DNA of 64,000 nucleotides. Origin: Octopus vulgaris. Lineage: Eukaryota. Positions 40,224 through 51,999 of this stretch are shown piece by piece (position 1 is the first letter of the stretch; the number at the start of each line of letters is the position of its first letter). The stretch lies in the NCBI GenBank assembly GCA_951406725.2, contig OX597837.1, positions 24,800,001 through 24,864,000 on the forward strand. The letters run 5' to 3'. The notes under the pieces are model-generated. The model was not told where the DNA came from, did no database searches, and was given only the letters and a program-made list of their open reading frames with translations. The position numbers and the translations under genes were made by a program.

Positions 40224-41777
40224 CTTCTTCTTCTGATGATGATGATGATGATGATTGTTTCAAATTAATCATGCATTATCATATAGCCCCGTGATTTTGA
40301 TGATGCAATTATTTCTGTTTGGAATGGGTAGCTACGAGAAGCCAGATTTGGCCAGTTTGAAAATAAAAACAGACCAAAAATTTGGGCTAGATATGGCTTG
40401 TTTGAATGCTAAATCATTAATGGCAGAATGATTCAATGAAGTAGATAAATTTAGACCAGTGGCATGTACAAAGCACCTTTCTTACATTGGGCCTCACGGA
40501 GGCAGTGACAAATGACTGAGACCTTTGGCAATATGCCAGGCTTCAGAGGGAAGACTCGTCAAGCCGAGTGAAATCATAGTCCTGGCAGATACTGGTGTCA
40601 TGCAAGAGGCACCCATGCTGGTGGCACGTAAAAGCACCCATTACACACTTGGAGTGGTTGGTGTTAGGAAGAGTATCCAGCCGTAGAAACCATGCCAAAT
40701 CAGCCTGGTGTCTGGTACAGCTCCCTGCCCCAGCTTGCAAGCTCTGGTCAAGCCATTCCACCCATGCCAGCATGGACAACAGATGTTAAACGATGATGAT
40801 GATAATTGGCATGGCACAAATCCTTCCTGACGTAATTTTTCTTCTCATCCTCATATTCATCATCATCACCATCTTCTTAGTACTCATCATCATCATCAGC
40901 TGCAGCAGCAGCAGCAGCAAAATCATCATCATCAGCAGCAGCATCTTCATCATCATCATCTTCTATGTACCCTCAAACCACACCTTGCTGCCTTTAAAAA
41001 AAAAGGGGGCACATTGGCTAATATAGTTGTAGATGCAGTAAATGTTTGCAAAAAAGGACGGGGTGGTCATGGTTGGAACATCTAAATCATATCTCTTTTC
41101 AGTCAGGGATAATCTGGACCTCAACAACGACAACAACAGCGACAAGATTTATGATTGATTTTGATGTTTGCTTTTATTCCTTTTAAGGCCCACATGTCGG
41201 ACCCTTTTTTTCCCCCCCTTTCTCTCCCTCTTTGTCACCTACTTCAACCATTCTCCATCTCCTCCTTCTCATCTTCAGACCCATTCATTCCTCCTCTGCC
41301 TCCCATCATTCCTCTTCGTCTCCTTACAATCCTATTCAACAAACAGTCAACCCTTGCTCTCTCTCTCTCTCCCCACTGAAGTTGACTCATCCAGACAAAA
41401 CGGTCAATCTCAAATGAAATCAATAGAAAACAAGGCAAGGTTGTTAAACAACAACAACAACAACCTGTTTGTAATGACCATTCACCAATACACGGGTGAA
41501 GTGCGGGGGGGGTGGGGGGGAAGTACATTGCAGTAGACGTTGACAAGATAGGGCATGTACATGGAGCTATAAATCTCCCCGACACCAGCGACCACTTATT
41601 CCCTGTCGTACAACAAGCTGCTGCTGCTACTGATTATGATGATGATGATGATGATGATGGTGATTATGAGGAGGAGGAGGAGGAGGAGGAGGATACCGTG
41701 CATTCTGCAGCTCGGACAAGTGTGACGACGACAGGGTGACTTGCCTTTGTTGTTGGTGAATGAGTAGACATTGCAGA

Positions 41778-43660
41778 TGTGTCAGGTGATAACTGAGTGA
41801 CTCAGTGTCTCAGGTGAAAATGAGAAACTCAGAGCGTCAGGTGATAGATGAGTGACTCAGACTGTCAGGCGATAGATGAGTGACTCACAGTGTCGAGGCA
41901 TGGATGAGTGACTCAGGGTGTCAGGTGATGGATGAGTGACTCAGGGTGTCAGGTGATAGATGAGTGACTCACAGCATTGAGGCATGGATGAGTGACTTAG
42001 AGTGTCAGAGAATGGATGAGTGACTCAGTGTGTCAGGTGATAGATGAGTGACTCACAGCATTGAGGCATGGATGAGTGACTTAGAGTGTCAGAGAAAGAA
42101 TGAGTGACTCAGTGTCCCAGGTGATAAGGAGAAACTCAGAGCATCAGGTGATAGATGAGTGACTCAGACTGTCAAGTGATAGATGAGTGACTCAGGGTGT
42201 TGAGGCATGGACGAGTGACTTAGAGTGTCAGAGAAAGGATGAGTGACTCAGTGTCTCAGGTGATAATGAGAAACTCAGAGTGTCAAGTGATAGATGAGTG
42301 ACTCAGACTGTCAGGCGATAGATGAGTGACTCAAGGTGTCGAGGCATGGATGAGTGACTTAGAGTGTCAGAGAAAGGATGAGTGACTCAGTGTCTCAGGT
42401 GATAATGAGAAACTCAGAGTGTCAGGTGATAGATGAGTGACTCACAGCATTGAGGCATGGATGAGTGACTTAGAGTGTCAGGTGATAATAAGAAACTCAG
42501 AGTGTCGGGTGATAGATGAGTGACTCAGACTGTCATTTGATAGATGAGTGACTCACAGTGTCGAGGCATGGATGAGTGACTTAGAGTGTCAGAGAAAGGA
42601 TGAGTGACTCAGTGTCTCAGATGATAATAAGAAACTCAGAGTGTCGGGTGATAGATGAGAGACTCAGACTGTCAGGTGATAGATGAGTGACTCAGGGTGT
42701 CGAGGCATGGATGAGTGACTTAGAGTGTCAGAGAATGGATGAGTGACTCAGTGTGTCAGGTGATAATGAGAAACTCAGAGCATCAGGTGATAGATGAGTG
42801 ACTCAGACTGTCAAGTGATAGATGAGTGACTCAGGGTGTTGAGGCATGGATGAGTGACTTAGAGCGTCAGAGAAAGGATGAGTGACTCAGTGTCCCAGGC
42901 GATAAGGAGAAACTCAGTGCCAGGTGATAGATGAGTGACTCACCGTGTTAAGGCATGGATGAGTGACTTAGAATGTCAGAGAATGGATGAGTGACTCAGT
43001 GTGTCAGGTGATAACTGATTGACTTGGAGTGTCAGGTGATAATGAGAAACTCAGAGTGTCAGGTGATAGATGAGTGACTCAGACTGTCATGTGATAGATG
43101 AGTGACTCACAGTGTTGAGGCATGGATGAGTGACTTAGAGTGTCAGAGAATGGATGAGTGACTCAGTGTGTCAGGTGATAATTGAGTGACTCAGAGGAGT
43201 GTCAGGGGTGGATGAGTGACTCAGTGTCAGGGAATACTGAGTGGCTCGCTTTATCAGGTGATATATGAGTAACTCAGAGTATTAGGGGATAGATAAGTGA
43301 CTCAGAGTGTCTAGTGCTACCTTAGCAACTCAGTGTGTCACATGATAGATGAGTAACTCAGTGTATCAGGTAATAAAGGAATGATTCAGTGTTTCAGGGG
43401 TTTACTGACTCTGAGTGCCAGGTGGTAACTGAGTAACTCAGAGTGTCAGACAATAACTGAGTAACTCAAAATGTCAGGCGATAGATGAGTGACTCAGAGT
43501 GTCAGGAGATGGATGAGCGATTCGGTGTGTCAAGCAATAACTGAGTGACTCACAATATCAGGTGATATATGAGTAACTCAGTGTCAGAGTATAGGTTAGT
43601 GACTCAGAGTGTCAGGGAATGGACAAATGACTCAGTGCATCAGATTGTGAATACTCAGTG
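41778..43660. repeat. 28-bp satellite with a 139-bp five-monomer higher-order repeat; TGAGTGACTCA core
   Basis: Consensus GATAGATGAGTGACTCAGAGTGTCAGGT, ~65 monomers; HOR e.g. 42262 to 42401; no ORF. Confidence 0.95.
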
Positions 43661-43904
43661 ATATGTCATTAATCTATGTACATTAGTAGTGATGTAGACG
43701 GGGCCCATTCTGACTGAGTCCTCACATTTAAGACAATATTATGTTGGTCGTAGTTCAAAATCTCAAGAGGAAATTGTGTTAAATACTAGGATACAGAAAC
43801 GGTTTAGGGGTAAATATGATTGGAGAATTGAGATTCTTTTGGAAGCAAGCAGTGGGACTGACATAGAAAAGGTTGGATCTTTATGTGCACCATAGTCTAT
43901 GTAG

Positions 43905-44289
43905 TGGAAGCACTCCGTCGGTTACGACGACGAGGGTTCCGGTTGATCCGACCAACGGAACAGCCTGCTCGTGAAATTAACGTGTAAGTGGCTGAGCACT
44001 CCACAGACACGTGTACCCTTAACGTAGTTCTCAGGGATATTCAGCGTGACACAGAGAGTGACAAGGCTAACCCTTTGAAATACAGGTACATCAGAAACAG
44101 GAAGTAAGAGTGAGAGAAAGTTGTGGTGAAAGAGTACAGCAGGGATCACCACCATCCCCTGCCGGAGCCTCGTGGAGCTTTTAGGTGTTTTCGCTTAATA
44201 AACACTCACAACGCCCGGTCTGGGAATCGAAACCGCGATCCTACGACTGCAAGTCCGCTGCCCTAACCACTGGGCCATTGCACCTCCAC
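43905..44289 (-). mobile_element. SINE family D, full length
   Basis: Reverse complement of 17435-17820; TSD agtctatgtag at 43894-43904/44290-44300. Confidence 0.9.
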
Positions 44290-45438
44290 AGTCTATGTAG
44301 ATGTAATGTTTGAAAACAAGCTGAGATGGTCTTGGTTGAGATGTCTTTGATCTTATGTCATCTCAGTCAGGATTGACTTAGGGCTGAATGATGATGACAA
44401 CAAATGTCACAAATGTCCTTCTCTGGTATTTGGTTTGCTAGATATAGTAGTTAAATCACCCTCAAAATTAAAAGTAAATAATGGAAAGATACATTAAATA
44501 ATGTGGTTCTAAATACACTGGGTCCGATAAAAAAGATTGAATGATCATGAGTAGAATGTCCTTGATCATAGGCCTGCCTAATCAGAACTGGCCTTGGGCT
44601 AAACAACAACAACAACAATAACAAAGGAGTGAAGCTGGTGTTGTCATAATTAATGTAGGAAATCAGGAAACACTGATTAATTAATTAAAATTGATCCTGC
44701 AGTGAGGAGAAAAAGTTGTTTAATGATTAATTCAGATTAAGAAGGGAGATAATCCTGGGAATATAATTAATAAAAAATAAGGATAGAAAGTTGTATAGAA
44801 GTACATGCTTCCCATCACCCTCTTTCTCTCTCTTCCTCCCTCTCTCCCTCTGTCTCTTTCTTTCTCTGTTCTGTATGTGCACACACACACACACATACAT
44901 GCATACACACATGCATGCATGGTAGTTGTCAACTCTTAGACAAGTATGACCATCACAAACAAATTATCTTACTCAAGATATTAAACACAATAGCTGTCAG
45001 CAGTGTCCAGACTGAAATTTAAAGTCAATAACAGCTTGCACAACACTGCTAAGACTCTCTTCTACAAATCCAATTACTCCAGAAACAAGGAAGAGCAAGG
45101 TTTCCAACAGGTGTTATTTCAGAATTTCTCTTTCCTAAGAGAGACATCTAAACAAAGACTACGGGGTTTGTCACTACCAGCTGTTGGATGGCTGTTGAGT
45201 CACCAGAGTTCATCTGTCCTTTGAAAGGTTTTGTTTTCCATCCTGCAGAGTGTCCAACAAAAATCACTCCCCCTTACCAAACAGGCTTGGTTTAGTCACT
45301 GACGGCCTGACCATGTGGCCAGTTGTATTGGGTTACATGTTACCAATAGCACTAAGGGTGACCCGACATGCATCCATCCATCCATCCATCCATCCATCCA
45401 TACATACATACACACACACACACACATACATACATACA

Positions 45439-45471
<33 letters not shown>

Positions 45472-45587
45472 GCATACATACATCCATACATATATACATA
45501 CATATATACATACATCCAGCCCTCCAGCCATCCAACCAGCCAGCCAGCCATACATACATACATACATACATACATACATACATACAT

Positions 45588-45626
<39 letters not shown>

Positions 45627-45687
45627 GCCAGCCATACATACATACATACATACATACATACATACATACATACATACATACATACAT

Positions 45688-45757
<70 letters not shown>

Positions 45758-45892
45758 GCATACATACATCCATACATACATACATACATATATACATACA
45801 TCCAGCCCTCCAGCCATCCAACCAGCCATACATACATACATAAATACATACATACATACATACATACATACATACATAAATACATACATACA

Positions 45893-45926
<34 letters not shown>

Positions 45927-46225
45927 CATACAAACATACATACATACGTACATACATACATACACACACACATACATACATACATACATACATACATTCA
46001 TACATACATACATAAATACATACACACACACATACATACATACATGCATACATACATACTCTCTCTCTCTCTCTGATTTCTTTTGTTTATCCTTAGCTCC
46101 ACTGACAGATCATATCCAGTCTCAGATAAAATAATTAAACAATGACTGAACTTTAATCTTTTGAAACTGCAACATTGACAACAACCAAACACACATCCAA
46201 CACTCTGGAATTTTGGCCATGACAA

Positions 46226-46265
46226 TGACCTTTAGAGGTCACTTGACAGTGACCTTTATAGGTCA
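46226..46265. promoter_or_regulatory. Four perfect nuclear-receptor half-sites (ER4-IR8-ER4)
   Basis: TGACCT ttag AGGTCA cttgacag TGACCT ttat AGGTCA; the motif is certain, function is not shown. Confidence 0.4.
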
Positions 46266-46683
46266 CATATGTAGCCGGATAAGATTAGCTTGAACAATCT
46301 GAGGACTGAGGATTAATAGAAATGGTTGATAGATGATGGGAGGAGGAAAAGGAAAAGGAAGATTAGGTGGCTGTTAATCATTGGTTAATCATTGGTTAAT
46401 TATTGGTTAATTATTGGTTAATTATTTGTTAAGCTAAAGAAGATAGATACAGCCCATGATTTTGCTATCACATGGATAACTCCAGGAAGATAATCCGGTA
46501 GATGTTCACTATTGGGAATTAAGTGGTGTCTGATGTGTTGTTAAATGACAATGATGCTTACCATTTCAATCCTCACCCCCAAGATGCAAGTCACACCCTA
46601 CTGGGATCTCATTTCACACCAACACTAAAATACATAGAGGTACAACTCCCAATCTTTCTCTTTCTCTCTCTCTCTTTCTCTCT

Positions 46684-46732
<49 letters not shown>

Positions 46733-47159
46733 TGTAGGAGTGGCTGTGTGGTAAGTAGCTTGCTTACAAACCACATGGTTCTGGGTGCAGTCCCACTACG
46801 TGGCACCTTGGGCAAGTGTCTTCTACTATAGCCTCGGGCTGACCAAAGCCTTGTGAGTAGATTTCGTAGACGGAAACTGAAAGAAGCCCGTCCTGTATAT
46901 GTATATATGTATATATGTATGTATGTGTGTATATATGTTTGTGTGTGTGTGTTTGTCCCCCCAACATCGCTTGACAACCAATGCTGGTTTGTTTATGTCC
47001 CCCGTAACTTAGCGGTTCAGCAAAAGAGACCGATAGAATAAGTACTAGGCTTCCAAAGAATAAGTCCTGGGGTCGATTTGCTCGACTAAAGGCGATGCTC
47101 CAGCATGGCCACAGTCAAATGACTGAAACAAGTAAAAGAGTAAAAGAGTAAAAAGAGAG

Positions 47160-47201
<42 letters not shown>

Positions 47202-48619
47202 TACATTGATGTATACTGATATAAATATGTGTTGTCTATATGTATATTTTATCTTACTATATATATGTATGTAGTGGAGGCACATAGCCTAGTGGTTAGA
47301 GCAGCTGACACATGGTCAAAAGATTGCGGGTTCAAATCTTGGACCAGGTGGTGTGTGTGTTTATGAGCAAAACACCAAAGCTCTCTGCAGCTCTGGCAGA
47401 AGGTAATGGCAAACTTCTGCTGACTCTTTCGCCACAAATTCCTCTCACTCTTTTTTCCTGCTCACCTGTGACAGACCAGCGTCCTGTCCAGGTGGGGAAC
47501 CTATATGTCAACGAAACTGGGAAACTGGCCCTTATGAGCCAAGCATGGCTCAAGAAGGAACAAACAACACAATATATATGTATGTATGTATGTTTGTGTA
47601 TACACATATGTTCTTACTGATTAATCTATTCACCTTTTCTTTACATCTTGCTACACCCATCATTATACACATCTTAAAATTAATTCTATTCTAATTGTAC
47701 AATGAACCCCTGCATTTCATCCCCCACATCTATGCTTTCTCATTGGTAGTGTTTCCCTGTATACAGTCGAAGGATTGCAGGTTCGAGATGTGTAACGGCA
47801 GATATTGAATTGTAAACAATTTTAGTTGAAGTCGAGGGACACCAATTGTAACGGCAGAAATTGATTTGTAAACAATATTATGGTATGTTGGAGTCAGCAG
47901 ATGCAACGATAAAAATTTGTTGGTAATGCATACTGTAAGATGTGAAAGATGGATAATGCATTAAGTTTTAAGGAAACATTTATTTACCGTTACGTTACAA
48001 TACCCTGCCTTGACAGACAGGTTATATTCAATTCAAAAGCATGCAAAAGTAAAGTTTGTGCTTGTGTCCTCTTCATTGTTTAGTAGTAGTAATTGCCGAG
48101 AGAGATAGGATGATGTTGTAAGAGAACAGAATTAGAGCTAGTGAGAATTGTAGGGCGAGGAACGTTGTGTCACAGTTGCTGGCAGTAAACTTCATTTCTC
48201 CCTCTGACCAATGTTCTAGCAGGTTAGCTAGACTTTATTCTCACTGAGTTGTCACTGCAGTGACTAACTGATTTTTGCTTGGGATGTGCTGGCTTATATA
48301 ACTATCCAGAAGGATAGATATATCATTGAGAACAATAGATTTAGTTGGTGGTCTTGTTATCTCTATTTCTAGCTTTTGGTGGAGTAGAAGAGGTTAGAAA
48401 GGGTCAAGTAATGAAGACATTATTTTGGCCTAGCTAAATGCATCTGGAAAATGTAAAACTGCTGTCAGGGAAAAACCATTGTTCCATCGTGGAAAAAATT
48501 CTGTTGCAGGGTTTATTTTAAATTTGGCTATGGTAGATCGAATCCACTTCATGCATGCAAGATTCACTACAGATGCTTAAATGTATTTGTTTTCTCAAAT
48601 AATTGCACTTTATGTTTGA

Positions 48620-48703
48620 GGTTCTGATGAAGCTGTAAGGTGTTACTCCAGCACTCAACTATGAGTGCAATGCCTCTTATACAGCGGGAAACAGCTGTAA
48701 GCT
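48620..48703 (+). ncRNA. Hammerhead ribozyme motif with extended stem II
   Basis: GGUU-CUGAUGA-A-[GCUGUA..GCACUCA acua UGAGUGC..UACAGC]-GG-GAAAC AGCU GUA^AGCU; palindromic stem III, weak stem I. Confidence 0.5.
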
Positions 48704-48758
48704 AATGAAGTTCATGGGATAATTGTTTATTTCTTTGTCATCTCTTTTCATATATATA

Positions 48759-48808
<50 letters not shown>

Positions 48809-48874
48809 GGTCCCGGGTTGATTCGGGGTTAACCACAGTAAGTAAGGTACTCAATACATAGCAGAGTAAAATTA

Positions 48875-48998
48875 ATTTATTATATAGAAGGAGCTTCTAC
48901 AGGACTAGTACTGTTTCATTCAAGAGAAATCTTCAGGAAGCCCTGAAGATTTCTCTTGAATGAAACAGTACTAGTCCTGTAGAAGCTCCTTCTATATA

Positions 48999-49004
<6 letters not shown>
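48875..49004. repeat. Perfect 63-bp inverted repeat with a 4-nt loop
   Basis: Arms 48875-48937 and 48942-49004, loop AAGC, no mismatch; the element is flanked by (TA)n. Confidence 0.97.
48893..48941 (-). ncRNA. Type I hammerhead ribozyme motif within the foldback
   Basis: GCUUC-CUGAAGA-U UUC UCUU GAA U-GAA-ACAG UACUAGUC CUGU-A^GAAGC: 5-bp stem I, 4-bp stem III with palindromic ACUAGU loop, U.U at the base of stem II. Confidence 0.65.
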
Positions 49005-49042
<38 letters not shown>

Positions 49043-49463
49043 TTTATCTTTTACTTCAGTCATCAGACTGTGGCTATGCAGGGGCACTGCCTTGAATTTT
49101 TAATCTTTAGTCAAATGAACCGACCTATTACTTCTTTTTTAAACCTGGTATTTATACTATCAGTCTTTTTTGCCGAATTGCTAAGTTACAGACATGCAAA
49201 CACACTAACACCAGTTGTCAAGTGGTGGTGGGGTGACAAACACGAACAGAAACACACACACACATAGATATACACACACATATATATATATATATACAAC
49301 AGCTTTCTTTTAGTTCCCATTTACCAAATACATTCACAAGGATTTAGTTAGCCTGAGGCTATAGTCGAAGACACTCGCCCAAGGTGCCACGCAGGGACTG
49401 AACCTGGAACCATGTAGTTTGGAAGCAAGCTTTTTATCACACAGCCACACATTCATATACCTG

Positions 49464-49502
<39 letters not shown>

Positions 49503-49782
49503 AATTAATATTAATATTAAGGAAGTTATTTCCGAGTCCACAGGGGAGAAAAGTTCAATTTAGTGGTGTTAAAATGAATTACTCACTGTATTATATACAT
49601 ATATATAGATAGGCTTAAGAGACAGAATCACCCTCAAGCGACTCAATCGTCACTGAACGACATTATCCACAATAGGTACATATAGGACTAAATATTAAAA
49701 TTATCTAATTTAATACCGACAATTCTTAGTTCAAATCATATACTTTACTATGCACGTTTCATGACAACATATTCCTTGATAT

Positions 49783-49827
<45 letters not shown>

Positions 49828-50209
49828 GTTTAGCTCCGCATCGACTAGCCTCTGTGCCGGTGGCACGTAACAAACACCATCCGATCGTGGCCGTTGCCAG
49901 CCTCGCCTGGCCTCCATGCTGGTGGCATGTAAAAAGCACCATCCGAGCGTGGCCGTTCGCCAGCCTCGTCTTGCACCTGTGTCGGTGGCACGTAAAAAGC
50001 ACCCACTACACTCACGGAGTGGTTGGCGTTAGGAAGGGCATCTAGCTGTAGAAACACTGCCAGATCAGACTGGGCCTGGTGCAGCCTTCGGGCTTTCCAG
50101 ACCCCAGTTGAACCATCCAACCCATGCTAGCATGGAAAGTGGACGCTAAACGATGATGATGATGATAATGATGATTATGATGATGATGATATAATCCCAA
50201 AAACTTACA

Positions 50210-51605
50210 ATGGACATCCAATGAGCATGCTCACTTCATTTCTTTCAAGGCCCATGTCTCATTATTATGCAGCATTGCAGATTTAAGACAAGCATCATAC
50301 AATCCGACCTTTACTCTGAGGAAAAAGGCCTTTGTTGCCAGCAGTGGTAGAAGCTCTCTAAACTTTTTCCAACCTCTTCTTATTCTGGCTACTATGTTTT
50401 CTGAGCAACAATCTCTCTTGCTTTTTACATCTCCCAAGTAACAAAAAGTATCAGCCACTTTTAGTCAGCCATGTGGACACTTAAGAGAATCTATTTCTAG
50501 TCTACTCATAATATATACTGCTCCTATGCTATGTATATAAAGTTTACCTTCTCTGTTAGTTAATTATGTATCCTTAATAAAAAAAATTTTTTTTGAAGTT
50601 ATACTAATAATAATAATGAAATTATTGTATACAGTGCTCAGGTGCACCACAACTTGTCAGAAAGTGCATATAAAGTGTATGCAGTAATGTACAAATGTCT
50701 GGAAAGCAAACAATGTATGAGTCAGATACATGCTTGCGTGTGTATGGAGGGAGAAAATCAGGTGTAGTGTTGGCGAATCTCAGGAAGCATGGAAGTTTTG
50801 AAGGATGCAGTGCTCCAACAACTAACAACTGGTGCCGGCAGTTTGTTCCATATTTCAGCAACTCTCAGCGTGAAAAAATGTTTCCGAAAGTCATGGGAGC
50901 TGTGCTGTTTTCTGACTTTGTAAATATGTCCACGAGTCCACGGGTGTTAGTCGGGTGGAGTTTGAAAAGGTGCTCATCTCCTTCTAGTGAGTCATTTGAG
51001 CATTTAAGACAATTCTTGGTCTGCTTATTGTATGTATTGCTCCAATGCATCTGTCACACATGAAGCTTACTGTCTCAATTAGCACATGATTCCACTACAC
51101 TTCTTGTTTCTCTGTAGTTTACACTGCGTATAACAAATGAAGTTCATACCTACTCCCTTCCTGCTCATCGAGCAAGGTCATTTCTCTGAAGATACCAGTT
51201 TCCTGTTTTCTTTCCTATTCACTAAAACCTTAGTTTATGCTAATATCTTGAGGCCTCTTGATTCTAGGTTTAGCTTGCATGCCTGGATTTTTTTTCTTTT
51301 CTGATTTCCCTATATATTCAGCTATGAGAACTAGGTCATCAGTATATAGCTTTTCCCATGGACAGCCAGACTTAATCTGTTCTGTAATTGCCTCTGAGAC
51401 TATGATAAATAGGAGACAGGGAACTGAACTGTAATGAACTAGCTTCACACTAAATTTATCACCGAAATCGTTGTTGACTCTCACTTTACTCACTGCATCT
51501 TTGTTTATTCCGTGACCACCAAATTACCGAATGGTCCCCTGTTAAACACCATCTCCAAATCAAAAGCTAGGAATAGTAGCTTATTCTGAGGCAAATATTT
51601 CTTCC
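50210..51605 (-). mobile_element. Decayed RTE LINE reverse-transcriptase region interrupted by a CR1 copy
   Basis: LLFIIVSEAIT..PWEKLYTDDLVLIAE (YADD-like) and FCYLGD..ARIRRGWKKFRELLPLL..ETWAL. Confidence 0.85.
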
Positions 51606-51928
51606 TGAATGGTACAAGAAACATTCTAGTGAAGTTGAACATCTTATTTGGCCACCTCAGTCCCCAGATCTCAATATTATTGAACATTTATTGTGCATTT
51701 TAGAAAATTAAGTAAGGAGTCGATATCCTGTACCATCATCACTACAAGAACTGGAGACTGTTTTAGCTGAAGAATGGACAAGAATTCCTTTGGAAACAAT
51801 TCAAACTTTGTACGAGTCCATACCTTGTAGAATTCAAGCTGTACTTACTGCCAAAGGTGGCCCTACCCTATATTAAAATAAACTTGTTTGAAATTTTAAG
51901 GTGTTTCCATTATTTTGCCCAACCCCTG
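51606..51928 (+). mobile_element. Tc1 (DD34E-type) transposon 3' end
   Basis: WPPQSPDLNIIEHL..EEWTRIPLETIQTLYESIPCRIQAVLTAKGGPTLY*; terminus CCCCTG|TA. Confidence 0.88.
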
Positions 51929-51999
51929 TATATCCATAAATATATCTGGATTAGGGATACTTTGTGGGTATGTGGGCATTTTAAAAATACCTCACATAG

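Noticed and set aside
41244-41739. Protein-coding ORFs (113 aa minus, 75 aa plus acidic)
   Set aside because: Non-ATG starts, low-complexity content and no recognisable homology.
41778-43660. CRISPR-like array with a palindromic repeat
   Set aside because: Inter-palindrome segments are homologous and recur periodically rather than being unique spacers; no cas genes; eukaryotic context.
47790-48510. Solo LTR (TGTAACG.. / ..GTTGCA ends)
   Set aside because: No matching TSD and ambiguous ends; cannot be supported without a repeat-library search.
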